Source: Actinomycetota bacterium (GTDB lineage: Bacteria > Actinomycetota > Actinomycetes > S36-B12 > UBA5976). From it: a stretch of DNA of 58,327 nt. Made by a program: the position numbers and the translations under genes. The notes under the pieces are model-generated. The model did no database searches, was not told the DNA's origin, and saw nothing but the letters and a program-made list of their open reading frames with translations. Below, in pieces: positions 12,055 to 22,454 of this stretch. Location of the stretch: assembly GCA_027730605.1 (NCBI GenBank), contig JAQCGN010000002.1, forward strand, positions 1 to 58,327. The letters run 5' to 3'. The stretch's first letter is position 1; each line of letters begins with the position of its first letter.

Positions 12055-13317
12055 CTACTTTTGTGGGTAGGCGGGAAATGCTCTACAAAGTTTATTAACT
12101 TCTTCAGCAATCTTGTCATGGCCTGTTTCACTCTTCACAGCTTGAGCAATAAATGAAGCAACTTGGCGCATTTCACTTACCCCCATGCCTTGGGTTGTAA
12201 CTGATGGTGAACCAACTCTGATACCACTTGCTGTCATTGGTGGAAGTGGATCATTTGGAATTGGATTTTTATTCAAAGTAATTCTTGATGCATCACAACG
12301 CTTTTCGGCATCCTTACCATTAACTCCAATTGGTGTTAAATCAAGAAGCACAAGATGAGTATCTGTTCCACCACTTACTGGACGCATTCCTTCTGCTTTT
12401 AATCCTTCAGATAAAGCTTTAGCGTTTTCTACAACTTTTTTGGCATAAGTTTGATATTCAGGTGTTGCGCATTCTTTCAATGCCACAGCTTTTGCTGCAA
12501 CAGCATGCATTAATGGTCCACCTTGCATCATGGGAAATACTGCTTTATCAATTGTTTGGGCATGTTGTGCTTTGCACAAAATCATTCCACCGCGTGGACC
12601 GCGCAAAACTTTGTGTGTGGTAAATGAAACAACATCTGCATATGGCACAGGACTTGGAATTGCTTTTCCGGCAACCAAACCAATGAAATGTGCTGCATCG
12701 ACCCACAAAATAGCACCGACTTCATCAGCAATTTCTCTCATTACTTTGAAATCAACTAAACGCGGATAAGCAGTTGCACCCGCAACTATCATTTTTGGTT
12801 TATGTTGTTTTGCTAAATCTCTAACGTTGTCATAATCAATTAATTCTGTTTTGGGATCAACGGAATAACCAATTGGGTTAAACCATTTACCAGAAAAACT
12901 AACTGGGGAGCCATGAGTTAAGTGTCCACCTTGAGCAAGGCTCATTGCTAAAATTGTGTCACCAGGTTTTGTAAAAGCACCATAAACAGCAATATTTGCA
13001 CTTGCTCCTGAATGTGGTTGCAAGTTTGCATGATCTGCTTCAAATAATTTTTTTGCTCTTTCAATGCCAATTATTTCAGCTTCGTCAACAACAGCACATC
13101 CGCCGTAATAACGTTTACCGGGATAACCTTCGGCATATTTATTACTAAATGTGCTACCTAATGCTGCAAGAACTGCTGGAGAGGTGAAGTTTTCACTTGC
13201 AATCAATTGCAATCCACCGCGGGCACGTTCTAATTCTTTTAATAACAAGCCAGCAATTTCGGAATCTTGGTTCTCAAGTGAATCCCAATCTGGACCCCAG
13301 AACTTTGAATTACCCAT
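12055..13317 (-). CDS. glyA: Serine hydroxymethyltransferase
   Basis: 420 aa. Contains LIASENF, and the PLP lysine lies in TTHKVLRGPRGG. Confidence 0.95.
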   Translation of the reverse strand: MGNSKFWGPDWDSLENQDSEIAGLLLKELERARGGLQLIASENFTSPAVLAALGSTFSNKYAEGYPGKRYYGGCAVVDEAEIIGIERAKKLFEADHANLQPHSGASANIAVYGAFTKPGDTILAMSLAQGGHLTHGSPVSFSGKWFNPIGYSVDPKTELIDYDNVRDLAKQHKPKMIVAGATAYPRLVDFKVMREIADEVGAILWVDAAHFIGLVAGKAIPSPVPYADVVSFTTHKVLRGPRGGMILCKAQHAQTIDKAVFPMMQGGPLMHAVAAKAVALKECATPEYQTYAKKVVENAKALSEGLKAEGMRPVSGGTDTHLVLLDLTPIGVNGKDAEKRCDASRITLNKNPIPNDPLPPMTASGIRVGSPSVTTQGMGVSEMRQVASFIAQAVKSETGHDKIAEEVNKLCRAFPAYPQK

Positions 13318-13354
13318 TTTAAAATTGCCTCCCGTTTTACTTTCTGTACAAATA

Positions 13355-14002
13355 CTATGGCAGAAGTTCTATATTTGGCACTACGAGACGAATTTCCTCA
13401 ATAGAAATGGCACCTTGACGAAGTAGTTTTATTTCACCTGATGAAACATCGATGATTGTGGAAGCAACATTTCCGGGGGTTTGTCCCCCATCAAGATAAA
13501 TTGTCACTGCTTCACCTAACTGCGCAATTGCTTCATCCACATTTGTGGCTGCTGGTTGACCTGTTTTATTCGCACTACTAACTGCCATGGGTCCAACAAT
13601 GTTTAATAATTCAATAGCAACAGGATTTAGTGGCATTCGAAGTGCAACTGTTTGATTAGTATTTCCTAAATCCCATCTTAAAGTTGGTTGAGACTTCACA
13701 ATAATTGTTAACGCACCTGGCCAAAATGCTTCTGCTAATGCTTTGGTAATTGGATCAACTCTTTGAGCTAAACCATCTAATGCCTTTGTGTGTCCAACTA
13801 AAACTGGAATTGGCATATCACGATCTCTTCCTTTGGCTGCCAATAACTTTGTGGGACCATTTTTTGAAAAAGAATCAGTACCTAGACCATAAACAGTGTC
13901 AGTTGGTAAAACAACTAAATCACCTCGTCTAGCAGCTGCAGCTGCTGCTGCTAACCCATCTTTTCTTTCGATGGGATTATCCATAGAAAATTTACGAATC
14001 AT
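13355..14002 (-). CDS. tsaC: L-threonylcarbamoyladenylate synthase (YrdC/Sua5 short form)
   Basis: 215 aa. Contains PTDTVYGLG and SSAN. It overlaps prmC by 4 nt. Confidence 0.85.
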   Translation of the reverse strand: MIRKFSMDNPIERKDGLAAAAAAARRGDLVVLPTDTVYGLGTDSFSKNGPTKLLAAKGRDRDMPIPVLVGHTKALDGLAQRVDPITKALAEAFWPGALTIIVKSQPTLRWDLGNTNQTVALRMPLNPVAIELLNIVGPMAVSSANKTGQPAATNVDEAIAQLGEAVTIYLDGGQTPGNVASTIIDVSSGEIKLLRQGAISIEEIRLVVPNIELLP

Positions 14003-14895
14003 GATTTAATCGCCACGCTATATCTAGGTAATCCATTTAAGTCTCTTCGATCCTCAATCTTTTGAAATGAAGCTGATTCAATTAGTAAATAGGGAACCCC
14101 GGTGTCTTGTGTACTTGAGCCTTGAACATCTGCGTGCTCAATGCCCACAAAGCCCCCAGGTTTTAATAAATTCTTGGCAATATCGATAACAACTTTCACA
14201 ACATCTAGTCCATCTTTGCCACCAAAGAGTGCTATTTCTGGTTCATGATCTTTAACTTCTGGTTCACGCGGCACCATTTTGTTTGGAATATATGGTGGAT
14301 TAGATATAACTGCATCTACTTTTTTTCTCAATAAGTCAAGTTCATTTATTTCTTCTTCAATACTTTTGTTTATTGCAATAACTTTAGAATTTTGTTCATT
14401 CAATTTTTCTTGAGATTTATCAATGTTTTTAATCAAGTAATCAAAAGCTGCACTTGATTTTTCAATTGCATAAACATCACAGTTTTTAACTTCTGTGGCA
14501 ACTGCCAATGAAATTGCACCAGTACCAGCACATAAATCAATAATAGTATGTCTTTCATTTTTTTGATCTAGCAAATACCTAACTACAGATTCCACTAACA
14601 ATTCTGTTTCTGGACGGGGAATAAAAACTCCTGGGCCAACACTTAACACCAAACGCCTAAAGCCCTGTTCTCCTACAAGATGTTGCAGGGGGATTCTTCT
14701 GACTCTTTTTTCTACTAACTTTTCAATTTCTCGATATTGTTCATCAGTTATTTCTTTTAATAACCCAATACGATTTCTTTCTATTCCAAGTGAAAAAGCA
14801 ACTAAAGATTCAGCATCAAATCTAGGGCTTGGCACACCAGCATTTTTAAGCCTTAACTCAATATCAACAAGAACACTTCTTGTTAATTTACTCAA
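13999..14895 (-). CDS. prmC: Release-factor glutamine N5-methyltransferase
   Basis: 298 aa. SAM motif DLCAGTGAI and catalytic NPPY. It overlaps prfA by 4 nt. Confidence 0.88.
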   Translation of the reverse strand: MSKLTRSVLVDIELRLKNAGVPSPRFDAESLVAFSLGIERNRIGLLKEITDEQYREIEKLVEKRVRRIPLQHLVGEQGFRRLVLSVGPGVFIPRPETELLVESVVRYLLDQKNERHTIIDLCAGTGAISLAVATEVKNCDVYAIEKSSAAFDYLIKNIDKSQEKLNEQNSKVIAINKSIEEEINELDLLRKKVDAVISNPPYIPNKMVPREPEVKDHEPEIALFGGKDGLDVVKVVIDIAKNLLKPGGFVGIEHADVQGSSTQDTGVPYLLIESASFQKIEDRRDLNGLPRYSVAIKS

Positions 14896-15971
14896 CGAGT
14901 ATCTCCAACCTCAGCCAACTTTTGTGTGATTTCCATATCAACACATGACTGTAAAACAGGATCTAGATCACCATTAAGTATTTGATCTAAATTATGTGAT
15001 TTATAACCGGTACGGTGATCTGTTAAACGATTTTCAGGAAAGTTATAAGTTCTAATTCTTTCTGATCTATCCACTGTTCTTACTTGAAATTTTCGAGATG
15101 CTGATTCTTCTTGTGCTCTAGCATCTTCGGCAGCTGATAGTAATCTTGCTCTTAATATTCTTAAGGCAGATTCTTTATTTTGTAATTGACTTTTTTCATT
15201 CTGACAAGAAACCACAATGCCAGTTGGAATATGTGTGATTCGAACTGCTGAATCCGTGGTATTTACTGATTGACCACCTGGACCAGAAGATCTATAAACA
15301 TCAACTCTTATCTCTTCATTGTTTATTTCCACATCAATTTCTTCTGCTTCAGGAAAAACTAAAACTCCAGCAGCAGATGTATGCACTCGTCCTTGTGATT
15401 CAGTAACAGGCACTCTTTGCACACGATGAACACCACCTTCATGTTTCATCCATGCATAAGGAGCTGTTCCTAGTTCTGGATTTCCTTTAGCTTTAATTGA
15501 AATTGAAGCATTCTTAATTCCACCCATATCCGAATCAACCGAATCAATAAGTGTTGCTTTCCAGCCACGTTTTTCTGCAAACCTTAAATACATTCGCACT
15601 AAGTCTCCGGCAAACAAAGCAGATTCTTCTCCACCTTCACCTGATTTAACTTCCACGATCACATCTTTGCCATCGAGTGGATCACGAGGAATTAACATCA
15701 TTTGTAATTTATCTGCTAAATCTTGAACAACTAATGCTATTTTTTCTGCTTCTGCTTTGAAACTAGAATCATCCATAGACAGTTCAACTGCAGCTTGATG
15801 ATCTTCCACAGCTTTTTGGTATTCACGCCAAGTAGCAACAATAGGTTTTAATTCAGCAAATCTACGCCCAACTTGACGAGCTTTATTTTGATCAGAATGA
15901 AGTTTTGGATCAGACATTTTGTGTTCTAATTCAACTAATTCTGCAGCTAAATCAACTACGCCTTCGAACAC
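14892..15971 (-). CDS. prfA: Peptide chain release factor 1
   Basis: 359 aa. Contains the GGQ motif (SGPGGQSVN). An RF1-type recognition region is expected but I did not locate it by eye. GTG start with an aggag Shine-Dalgarno sequence upstream. Confidence 0.95.
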   Translation of the reverse strand: MFEGVVDLAAELVELEHKMSDPKLHSDQNKARQVGRRFAELKPIVATWREYQKAVEDHQAAVELSMDDSSFKAEAEKIALVVQDLADKLQMMLIPRDPLDGKDVIVEVKSGEGGEESALFAGDLVRMYLRFAEKRGWKATLIDSVDSDMGGIKNASISIKAKGNPELGTAPYAWMKHEGGVHRVQRVPVTESQGRVHTSAAGVLVFPEAEEIDVEINNEEIRVDVYRSSGPGGQSVNTTDSAVRITHIPTGIVVSCQNEKSQLQNKESALRILRARLLSAAEDARAQEESASRKFQVRTVDRSERIRTYNFPENRLTDHRTGYKSHNLDQILNGDLDPVLQSCVDMEITQKLAEVGDTR

Positions 15972-16021
15972 TTTTTCATCATCTCCTAACTATTTCTTCA
16001 TCTGTTTTTTTATAAAACAAA

Positions 16022-16074
16022 ACGGACGTCGGTTTTTTAAAACACAATTGAATGTGTTTTAAACCGACGTCCGT
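16022..16074 (-). terminator. Composite hairpin (14-bp outer plus 8-bp inner stem) downstream of rpmE
   Basis: acggacgtcggttt (16022-16035) pairs with aaaccgacgtccgt (16061-16074). The inner stem is aaaacaca / tgtgtttt with loop attgaa. On the minus strand the hairpin is followed by a T/A-rich tract (ttgttttataaaaaaa). Confidence 0.6.
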
Positions 16075-16082
16075 AAGATTAG

Positions 16083-16337
16083 CTATTTGTTGGCGCTTTT
16101 GCCGTAACGCTTTTCGAACTTTGATACGCGACCTGCGGTATCCAAAATCTTTTGTTTACCAGTGTAGAAAGGATGACTTGCAGATGAAATTTCAACATCA
16201 GCTACTGGATATTCTTTGCCATCTTCCCAAACCATTTTTTGACTTGGCTTAAGAGTTGATTTGGTTAAAATTGCAAAGTCAGCAGATTTATCACGCAAAA
16301 TAATGTAATCGTAATCTGGGTGAATTTCTGGCTTCAT
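16083..16337 (-). CDS. rpmE: 50S ribosomal protein L31, type B (Cys-less)
   Basis: 84 aa. Starts MKPEIHPDY and contains [12 protein letters not shown]. No cysteine is present anywhere, so the CxxC zinc ribbon of type A L31 is absent. Confidence 0.9.
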   Translation of the reverse strand: MKPEIHPDYDYIILRDKSADFAILTKSTLKPSQKMVWEDGKEYPVADVEISSASHPFYTGKQKILDTAGRVSKFEKRYGKSANK

Positions 16338-16374
16338 CTGTAGTGCTCCTATTTCTTTTTCTTAGGTTCCAATT

Positions 16375-17964
16375 CTATTCGGCGTCATCGCCGTTAGTAG
16401 TTGGGGTGGTCTTTTGTACCTGCAAGAGGAACTCAAAGTTAGTTTTTGTCTCACGTAACTTGTTGAGTAAGAGCTCAATTGCTTGTTGGGCATCTAGAGC
16501 ATGTAGCACTCGACGAAGTGTCCAAATGATCTTTAATTCATCTGGAGGCATGAGGATTTCTTCTTTTCTTGTGCCTGAAGAATCAATATCAACAGCAGGA
16601 AATACTCTGCGATCAGCAAGTTTGCGATCGAGTTTAAGTTCCATGTTTCCTGTTCCTTTGAATTCTTCGAAAATAACTTCATCCATACGAGAACCTGTTT
16701 CAACCAAAGCTGTAGCAATGATTGTTAAAGATCCACCGTTTTCGATGTTTCTTGCAGCACCAAAGAACTTCTTAGGTGGATATAAAGCAGCTGAGTCAAC
16801 ACCACCAGAAAGAATTCTTCCAGAAGTTGGAGCAGACAAGTTATATGCACGACCAAGACGTGTCATGGAATCAAGCAAGATCACAACATCGTGACCCATT
16901 TCCACTAAACGTTTTGCTCTTTCGATTGAAAGTTCAGCCACAGTTGTGTGATCTTCTGCAGGTTTATCAAAAGTTGAAGCAATAACTTCACCCTTTACAG
17001 AGCGTTGCATATCTGTTACTTCTTCTGGTCTTTCATCAACAAGAACAACCATCAAATGAACTTCTGGGTTATTGGTAGTAATTGCATTTGCAATTGCTTG
17101 CAAGACCATAGTTTTACCAGCTTTTGGTGGTGAAACAATCAAACCACGTTGACCTTTACCAATCGGTGCAACTAAATCAATTACACGAGTGGTTAAGTTA
17201 TTTGCTTCTGTTTCAAGTCTTAAACGCTCTTGTGGGTAAAGTGGGGTGAGTTTTGAAAAATCTAATCTCTTGGCTGATTCTTCTGGTTCTAAACCATTAA
17301 TAGTTTCAACACGAACCAATGGATTAAATTTTTGTCTTTGTTCGCCTTCTTTAGGTTGACGAATTGAACCGGTGACTGCGTCACCTTTTCTTAAACCAAA
17401 TTTACGAACTAATCCCATAGAAACATAAACATCGTTTGGTCCTGGTAAATAACCAGAAGTTCTCACGAATGCATAGTTTTCTAATAAATCAATAATTCCT
17501 GCTACTGGCAGTAAAACATCGCCTTCTTTGATTTCAAAATCATCACGTTCTCTTCTAGAACCGCGTTCTCTAAATCTAGAACGAGAGTTTCTATCACCAT
17601 TTCGATCATTGCGATCGTTTCGATCATTTCTTCTGTAACCGCCACGGTCATCATTACCGCGATCATTTCTGTTGTAACTGCCACGATCTTCACGGTTATA
17701 GTTGCCGCGATCGTCGCTTCTTTCTTCACGTTCTACTCGAGTATCAGATTCTTCTCTAAATTCTTCGATTACATCATCTTCTGGAATTTCAGAATTTGTG
17801 GTCATACTTTTATTTTCACCATTTCCGCGTTGGTCGATTGCTTCGACAAGTTCACTTTTTCGCATTGTTGCTGCATCAGGAATTCCCAGAGCTGCAGCCA
17901 TTTGCCTTAATTCAGGCAATAGCTTTGACGAAGTGTCAGTCACCTTGAGGAGTTTTCCTTTCAA
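16375..17964 (-). CDS. rho: Transcription termination factor Rho with an R/D/N/G-rich N-terminal insertion
   Basis: 529 aa. Contains the Rho N-terminal helix bundle, an OB fold, Walker A PPKAGKT and a RecA-like core. The track start is TTG at 17964. An in-frame GTG at 17943 (VTDTSSKLL) is an alternative start. Confidence 0.95.
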   Translation of the reverse strand: MKGKLLKVTDTSSKLLPELRQMAAALGIPDAATMRKSELVEAIDQRGNGENKSMTTNSEIPEDDVIEEFREESDTRVEREERSDDRGNYNREDRGSYNRNDRGNDDRGGYRRNDRNDRNDRNGDRNSRSRFRERGSRRERDDFEIKEGDVLLPVAGIIDLLENYAFVRTSGYLPGPNDVYVSMGLVRKFGLRKGDAVTGSIRQPKEGEQRQKFNPLVRVETINGLEPEESAKRLDFSKLTPLYPQERLRLETEANNLTTRVIDLVAPIGKGQRGLIVSPPKAGKTMVLQAIANAITTNNPEVHLMVVLVDERPEEVTDMQRSVKGEVIASTFDKPAEDHTTVAELSIERAKRLVEMGHDVVILLDSMTRLGRAYNLSAPTSGRILSGGVDSAALYPPKKFFGAARNIENGGSLTIIATALVETGSRMDEVIFEEFKGTGNMELKLDRKLADRRVFPAVDIDSSGTRKEEILMPPDELKIIWTLRRVLHALDAQQAIELLLNKLRETKTNFEFLLQVQKTTPTTNGDDAE

Positions 17965-18174
17965 TACTTCTGCACACTTATTAAAATTTGTTTAAGTTAG
18001 TTTCGTGTGAGAGATCCGGACCTGTTTTAATTTGGTTTATAAAGTTAGCGAATTTGTTTCTGTGTATTTGCCATCTTTGGCCCATATCGACCGGACATCA
18101 AAAGGATAGCAGAACCAGGGGGCTTATCTCAAGCACGGGGTTAGCCCAGGGTTTTGCCTAACCTCAAAATTGCT
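17965..18174 (-). promoter_or_regulatory. Long non-coding leader and promoter region upstream of rho
   Basis: This 210-nt ORF-free gap is one of the largest in the window. It lies between the thrB stop and the rho start. Only weak hairpins (5-6 bp) are visible by eye. Confidence 0.35.
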
Positions 18175-19077
18175 CTATTGAACACTTGCTCCAGTTGTGG
18201 CAATTTCTAGTTGTTGGGCTTCAAAATCTTCTGGGACCAGAGAAATTACTTCTTCAACTTTTTCCTTGTTTGTCAAAATACAAACACTTGGACCAGAGCC
18301 AGAAATGTAGGCCGCAAAATTTTTCTTTCGTAAATTTGTTACTAAACCAGAAGCAGACTGCATGGAAGGTCTTCTATATTCCTGGTGAATTCGATCTGAG
18401 GTTGCTTCAAATAAATAATCAGGATCATTTGTCATTGCATGGACTAATAATGCAGATCGAGAAAGATTAAAAGTGGCATCTTTATAAGGCAAATGAGTTG
18501 GCAACAATGCTCTTGCTTGTTCAGTGTCAACTTCAAATTTGGGAATCATGACCACTGGAATTATTGATTGGTGGGGGTTAATTTTTACAGCCCGGGCGTA
18601 TGAATTTTCATCAATCCAAGAAACTGTAAAGCCACCATAAAGACAAGCTGCCACATTATCGGGATGGCCTTCAATGGAACTTGCTAATTCCAAAGCACCT
18701 TTGTCATCCATTCTGGTTCCTTGAGTGCCAGCTAAAGCTCTTGCTGCAACTACTGCTGCAGAAATTGCTGCGGCAGAAGAACCAAGTCCTCTACCATGAG
18801 GAATTCTGTTAATACAACGAAGATAAAGTCCATTTACTGGCATAGATAAATTAGCAAAAGTTTTTAACATCACTCGAGCAATTAAATGATTTTCATCCTT
18901 TGGTAGAGAATTTCTTCCTTCCCCATCAACATCAACTTGCACACCTGGTTTGTCAGTAAATGATGCTTCAATTTCATCAAACATAGTTAAAGCAAGACCT
19001 GCAGAATCAAAACCTGAGCCAAGATTGGCACTGGAGGCAGGAACTACCACTCTGACAGCTCCTGTTACTTTTGACAT
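18175..19077 (-). CDS. thrB: Homoserine kinase
   Basis: 300 aa. GHMP kinase motif PHGRGLGSSAAA. It abuts thrC with no gap. Confidence 0.9.
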   Translation of the reverse strand: MSKVTGAVRVVVPASSANLGSGFDSAGLALTMFDEIEASFTDKPGVQVDVDGEGRNSLPKDENHLIARVMLKTFANLSMPVNGLYLRCINRIPHGRGLGSSAAAISAAVVAARALAGTQGTRMDDKGALELASSIEGHPDNVAACLYGGFTVSWIDENSYARAVKINPHQSIIPVVMIPKFEVDTEQARALLPTHLPYKDATFNLSRSALLVHAMTNDPDYLFEATSDRIHQEYRRPSMQSASGLVTNLRKKNFAAYISGSGPSVCILTNKEKVEEVISLVPEDFEAQQLEIATTGASVQ

Positions 19078-20145
19078 TTATTTCAACCCCAAAGCTTCTG
19101 CTGCTGAATCTGCATTCACAGATATTTTCACAGGTTCCTTAGATCCTTCAAGTGCCCATTGTGGATCTTTGAGACCATTTCCAGTCACTGTAATCACGAT
19201 GACTTTATTTCTTGGTAATTCATTATTAGTTTTTGCCTTTAATAATCCAGCCACGCCTGCGGCAGAAGATGGCTCAACAAAAACACCCTCTTTTTCAGCT
19301 AATAAATGATAAGCCTGCAAAATTTGTTCATCACTTACTTTGCCAATTTTTCCATTTGATTCATCCCGCGCAGATATTGCTTGTTGCCAAGATGCAGGAT
19401 TTCCAATTCTTATTGCAGTAGCAATTGTTTCTGGTTTCAAAACCGGTGCACCATCCACAATGGGTGCAGCACCTTCTGCTTGATATCCCCACATTTGTGG
19501 CAATTTAGTTGCCAGATAATCATTTTTGTACTCAACATAACCTTTCCAGTAAGCAGTTATATTTCCTGCATTTCCTACTGGAAGCACATGAATATCTGGT
19601 GCATCACCTAAATCATCAATAATTTCAAATGAAGCAGTTTTTTGTCCTTCAATTCGAAATGGGTTAACAGAATTTACCAAAGCAACTGGGTAATTATTTG
19701 CTAATTCTTGTGCCAATACCAAACAGTCATCAAAGTTTCCTTGGACTTGCAATACTGATGCACCGTGAACTATTGCTTGGGCAAGTTTTCCCATCGCTAT
19801 TTTTCCATCAGGAATTAACACAGCACTTTTCATGCCAGATTTAACGGCATAAGCAGTGGCTGATGCTGAAGTATTTCCAGTTGAGGCACAAATTACTGCT
19901 TTTGCGCCAGTTTCAGCTGCTTTAGAAATAGCAACTGTCATTCCTCTATCTTTGAAGGAACCGGTTGGATTACATCCCTCTACTTTTAAATAAACTTCAT
20001 TATTAAGCATTTCACTTAAATTGCAGGCATAAATTAAAGGTGTTCCACCTTCGCCTAAAGTAACAATTGGAGTTTTAGCACTAATGGGCAATCGACTTTT
20101 ATATTCTTCGATTACCCCTCGCCATAAGTTTTTTGTTGCAGCCAT
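19078..20145 (-). CDS. thrC: Threonine synthase
   Basis: 355 aa. The PLP lysine lies in [10 protein letters not shown]. Confidence 0.95.
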   Translation of the reverse strand: MAATKNLWRGVIEEYKSRLPISAKTPIVTLGEGGTPLIYACNLSEMLNNEVYLKVEGCNPTGSFKDRGMTVAISKAAETGAKAVICASTGNTSASATAYAVKSGMKSAVLIPDGKIAMGKLAQAIVHGASVLQVQGNFDDCLVLAQELANNYPVALVNSVNPFRIEGQKTASFEIIDDLGDAPDIHVLPVGNAGNITAYWKGYVEYKNDYLATKLPQMWGYQAEGAAPIVDGAPVLKPETIATAIRIGNPASWQQAISARDESNGKIGKVSDEQILQAYHLLAEKEGVFVEPSSAAGVAGLLKAKTNNELPRNKVIVITVTGNGLKDPQWALEGSKEPVKISVNADSAAEALGLK

Positions 20146-20151
20146 TAATTA

Positions 20152-21444
20152 TTACTCGCCTTCAACTCTCATATAATCAGAAATTTCTTTGACACTGTCA
20201 AGATTTCTTAAGTCATCAAGAGTCTTTGCTAGATCTTTTTCTAACGCTCTGTGAGTTCTAATTATTAACTGAGCAGCATTTTCTAAACCATCTTGTCTCA
20301 CAGTTTGAATAGACACATTGTTATTAGCAATTTTTTGACTAATTTGTGCTAAAACACCTGGTTTATCTGCAACCTGAAGTGAAATGTAATAACTAGTCAT
20401 AGCTTCTGAAACTGGCTTGACTTTTAGATCAGCATAAATACTTTCACCTGGTCCACGTCGCCCGCTCATTTTATTGCGAGCAACTGCAACTAGGTCACCC
20501 AAAACTGCAGATGCAGTTGGTGCTCCCCCTGCTCCACGACCATAAAACATTAGAGAACCTGCAGCTTCTGCTTCAACAAAAACAGCGTTGAATGCTTCTC
20601 GCACACTTGCTAAAGGATGGCTTCTTGGAATCATGGCCGGATGAACTCTAACCACAACTGATTGCTCGTCAAGTCTTTCCGCAATTGCAAGTAATTTTAT
20701 TACAAATCCCATTTCTTTGGCAGCTTTTACATCATTTGCTGAAACTTTAGAAATTCCTTCGCAATAAACATCGTCAATTGTCACACGAGTGTGAAATGCA
20801 AGTTGTGCCACAATTGCAGCTTTTGCTGCCGCATCATTTCCTTCAATATCAGCACTAGGATCTGTTTCGGCATAACCTAATTTTTGTGCTTCAGCTAATG
20901 CATCTTTAAATGATGCACCAGTTTCATCCATTTTAGTTAAAATATAATTTGTTGTTCCATTAACTATTCCTAAGACTTTTTTGACGCGATCGCCAACTAG
21001 TGATTCTCTTAATGGGCGAAGTAAAGGTATTGCTCCAGCAACACTTGCTTCGTAGTAAAGATCAACATTATTTTTTTCAGCAGTTGCTGCCAATGTTGCA
21101 CCGTTTCGAGCAAGTAGTTCTTTATTGGCTGTGACAACACTTATTCCTTTTGACATGGCATCAAGAATGTAGGTTCTGGCAGGTTCGATACCACCCATTA
21201 CTTCAACAACAATGTCGATGTCTTTTGCAAGTAAACCCGGAATATCGGTAGTGATTAATTCCGCAGGAATATGTGGTCTTGACTTTTTACCGTCTTTAAC
21301 ACCAACTCCAACTAAAATAAGTGGTGCGCCACTTCTTGCTTCTAGGTCATCTGCTTGTTCCAGCATTAAAGAGGCAACTTTGGAACCAACGGTTCCTGCG
21401 CCAATTAATGCAATTCGAATAGGACGAACTTGAGCCTCGGCCAC
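20152..21444 (-). CDS. hom: Homoserine dehydrogenase
   Basis: 430 aa. N-terminal Rossmann motif IGAGTVG, a catalytic domain and a C-terminal ACT-like domain. Confidence 0.95.
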   Translation of the reverse strand: MAEAQVRPIRIALIGAGTVGSKVASLMLEQADDLEARSGAPLILVGVGVKDGKKSRPHIPAELITTDIPGLLAKDIDIVVEVMGGIEPARTYILDAMSKGISVVTANKELLARNGATLAATAEKNNVDLYYEASVAGAIPLLRPLRESLVGDRVKKVLGIVNGTTNYILTKMDETGASFKDALAEAQKLGYAETDPSADIEGNDAAAKAAIVAQLAFHTRVTIDDVYCEGISKVSANDVKAAKEMGFVIKLLAIAERLDEQSVVVRVHPAMIPRSHPLASVREAFNAVFVEAEAAGSLMFYGRGAGGAPTASAVLGDLVAVARNKMSGRRGPGESIYADLKVKPVSEAMTSYYISLQVADKPGVLAQISQKIANNNVSIQTVRQDGLENAAQLIIRTHRALEKDLAKTLDDLRNLDSVKEISDYMRVEGE

Positions 21445-21500
21445 GGTTAATCGTCCTTAAACAAAATAGTAGGTCCAGTTCTAAGTCTCTCATTAAGGAT

Positions 21501-22454
21501 GTGGTCAGATGTGCTGTGGCTACTGTTACTAAGCGAATAACACCAAAAGTTTGGATTGCCCTGGTAACTGTTTACCTTGTTTGGGGTTCTACTTACTTAG
21601 GTATTGCACTAGTTATAAAAACAGCACCTCCGCTTCTTTCTATGGGTTTGAGGTTTGTTGCTGCTTTTTTTATCTTGGCTTTAATTTTATTAATTTTTAA
21701 GGGTAAAAGTGTTTTAAAGGTAACCAGACCTGAATTAATGTCATCAGTATTTTTAGGTGGTTTACTATTAGGTTTTGGTCTTGGAAATTTAACTTTGGCT
21801 GAAAGATACGTACCATCAGGAATTGCTGCTCTAATAATTGCAGCATTACCAATCTGGGTGACAATTTTTCAAAGAATTACTGGGGTAAGACCTAAAAGAA
21901 TTACATTAGTTGGAATCTTTCTTGGATTAATTGGTGTTGCAATAATTGTTTTACCGGGAGGAGCTGGTCCTGCTCCAGGAGCTGATCCCTCAAAAGTCAA
22001 ATTTTGGATGTTCATGATTTTAATAGGTAACATTGCTTGGGCTTTTGGTACTTTTATGACTCAAAGAATTCCTATACCAAAAGATCCATTTGTCTTAACA
22101 ACTTATGAAATGTTATTTGGAGGGCTTGCACTAATTATTGCAAGTTTCTTTAATGGTGAGAGATTTAAAGTTGAATTAATTACACAAATGTCTCCTACCT
22201 CAAAATGGGCTTGGATCTATTTGGTTTTAATTGGCTCCATTGTTGGTTATGGCGCATACATCTGGTTATTAAACAACACTTCTTTATCACTTGCTTCAAC
22301 TTATGCATATGTAAATCCAGTAATTGCAGTAATGCTGGGATTGATAGTTTTGAGTGAACCAGTTGATTGGCCACTATTTTTAGGCGGTGCTGTTGTGTTA
22401 AGTGGTGTTGCTTTAGTTGTTAGTGGAGAAAGATTTACAAACCTGGGTCAGTAG
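21501..22454 (+). CDS. EamA/DMT family transporter
   Basis: 317 aa with about 10 TM helices and two EamA-like halves. The exact start is uncertain (GTG at 21501 in the track). Confidence 0.8.
   Translation: MVRCAVATVTKRITPKVWIALVTVYLVWGSTYLGIALVIKTAPPLLSMGLRFVAAFFILALILLIFKGKSVLKVTRPELMSSVFLGGLLLGFGLGNLTLAERYVPSGIAALIIAALPIWVTIFQRITGVRPKRITLVGIFLGLIGVAIIVLPGGAGPAPGADPSKVKFWMFMILIGNIAWAFGTFMTQRIPIPKDPFVLTTYEMLFGGLALIIASFFNGERFKVELITQMSPTSKWAWIYLVLIGSIVGYGAYIWLLNNTSLSLASTYAYVNPVIAVMLGLIVLSEPVDWPLFLGGAVVLSGVALVVSGERFTNLGQ

Noticed and set aside
16343-16894. 183-aa plus-strand ORF antisense to the rho 3' half, plus 16533-16718, 16776-16985, 17502-17729 and 17702-17995
   Set aside because: All of them are embedded in rho. 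The 17502-17729 ORF is simply another frame of the repeat-encoded RNDG insertion. None has independent support.
17539-17754. Short tandem-like DNA repeats as a CRISPR array or VNTR locus
   Set aside because: The units are irregular, in frame and inside rho. They encode the known type of hydrophilic Rho insertion. There is no repeat-spacer periodicity and there are no cas genes.
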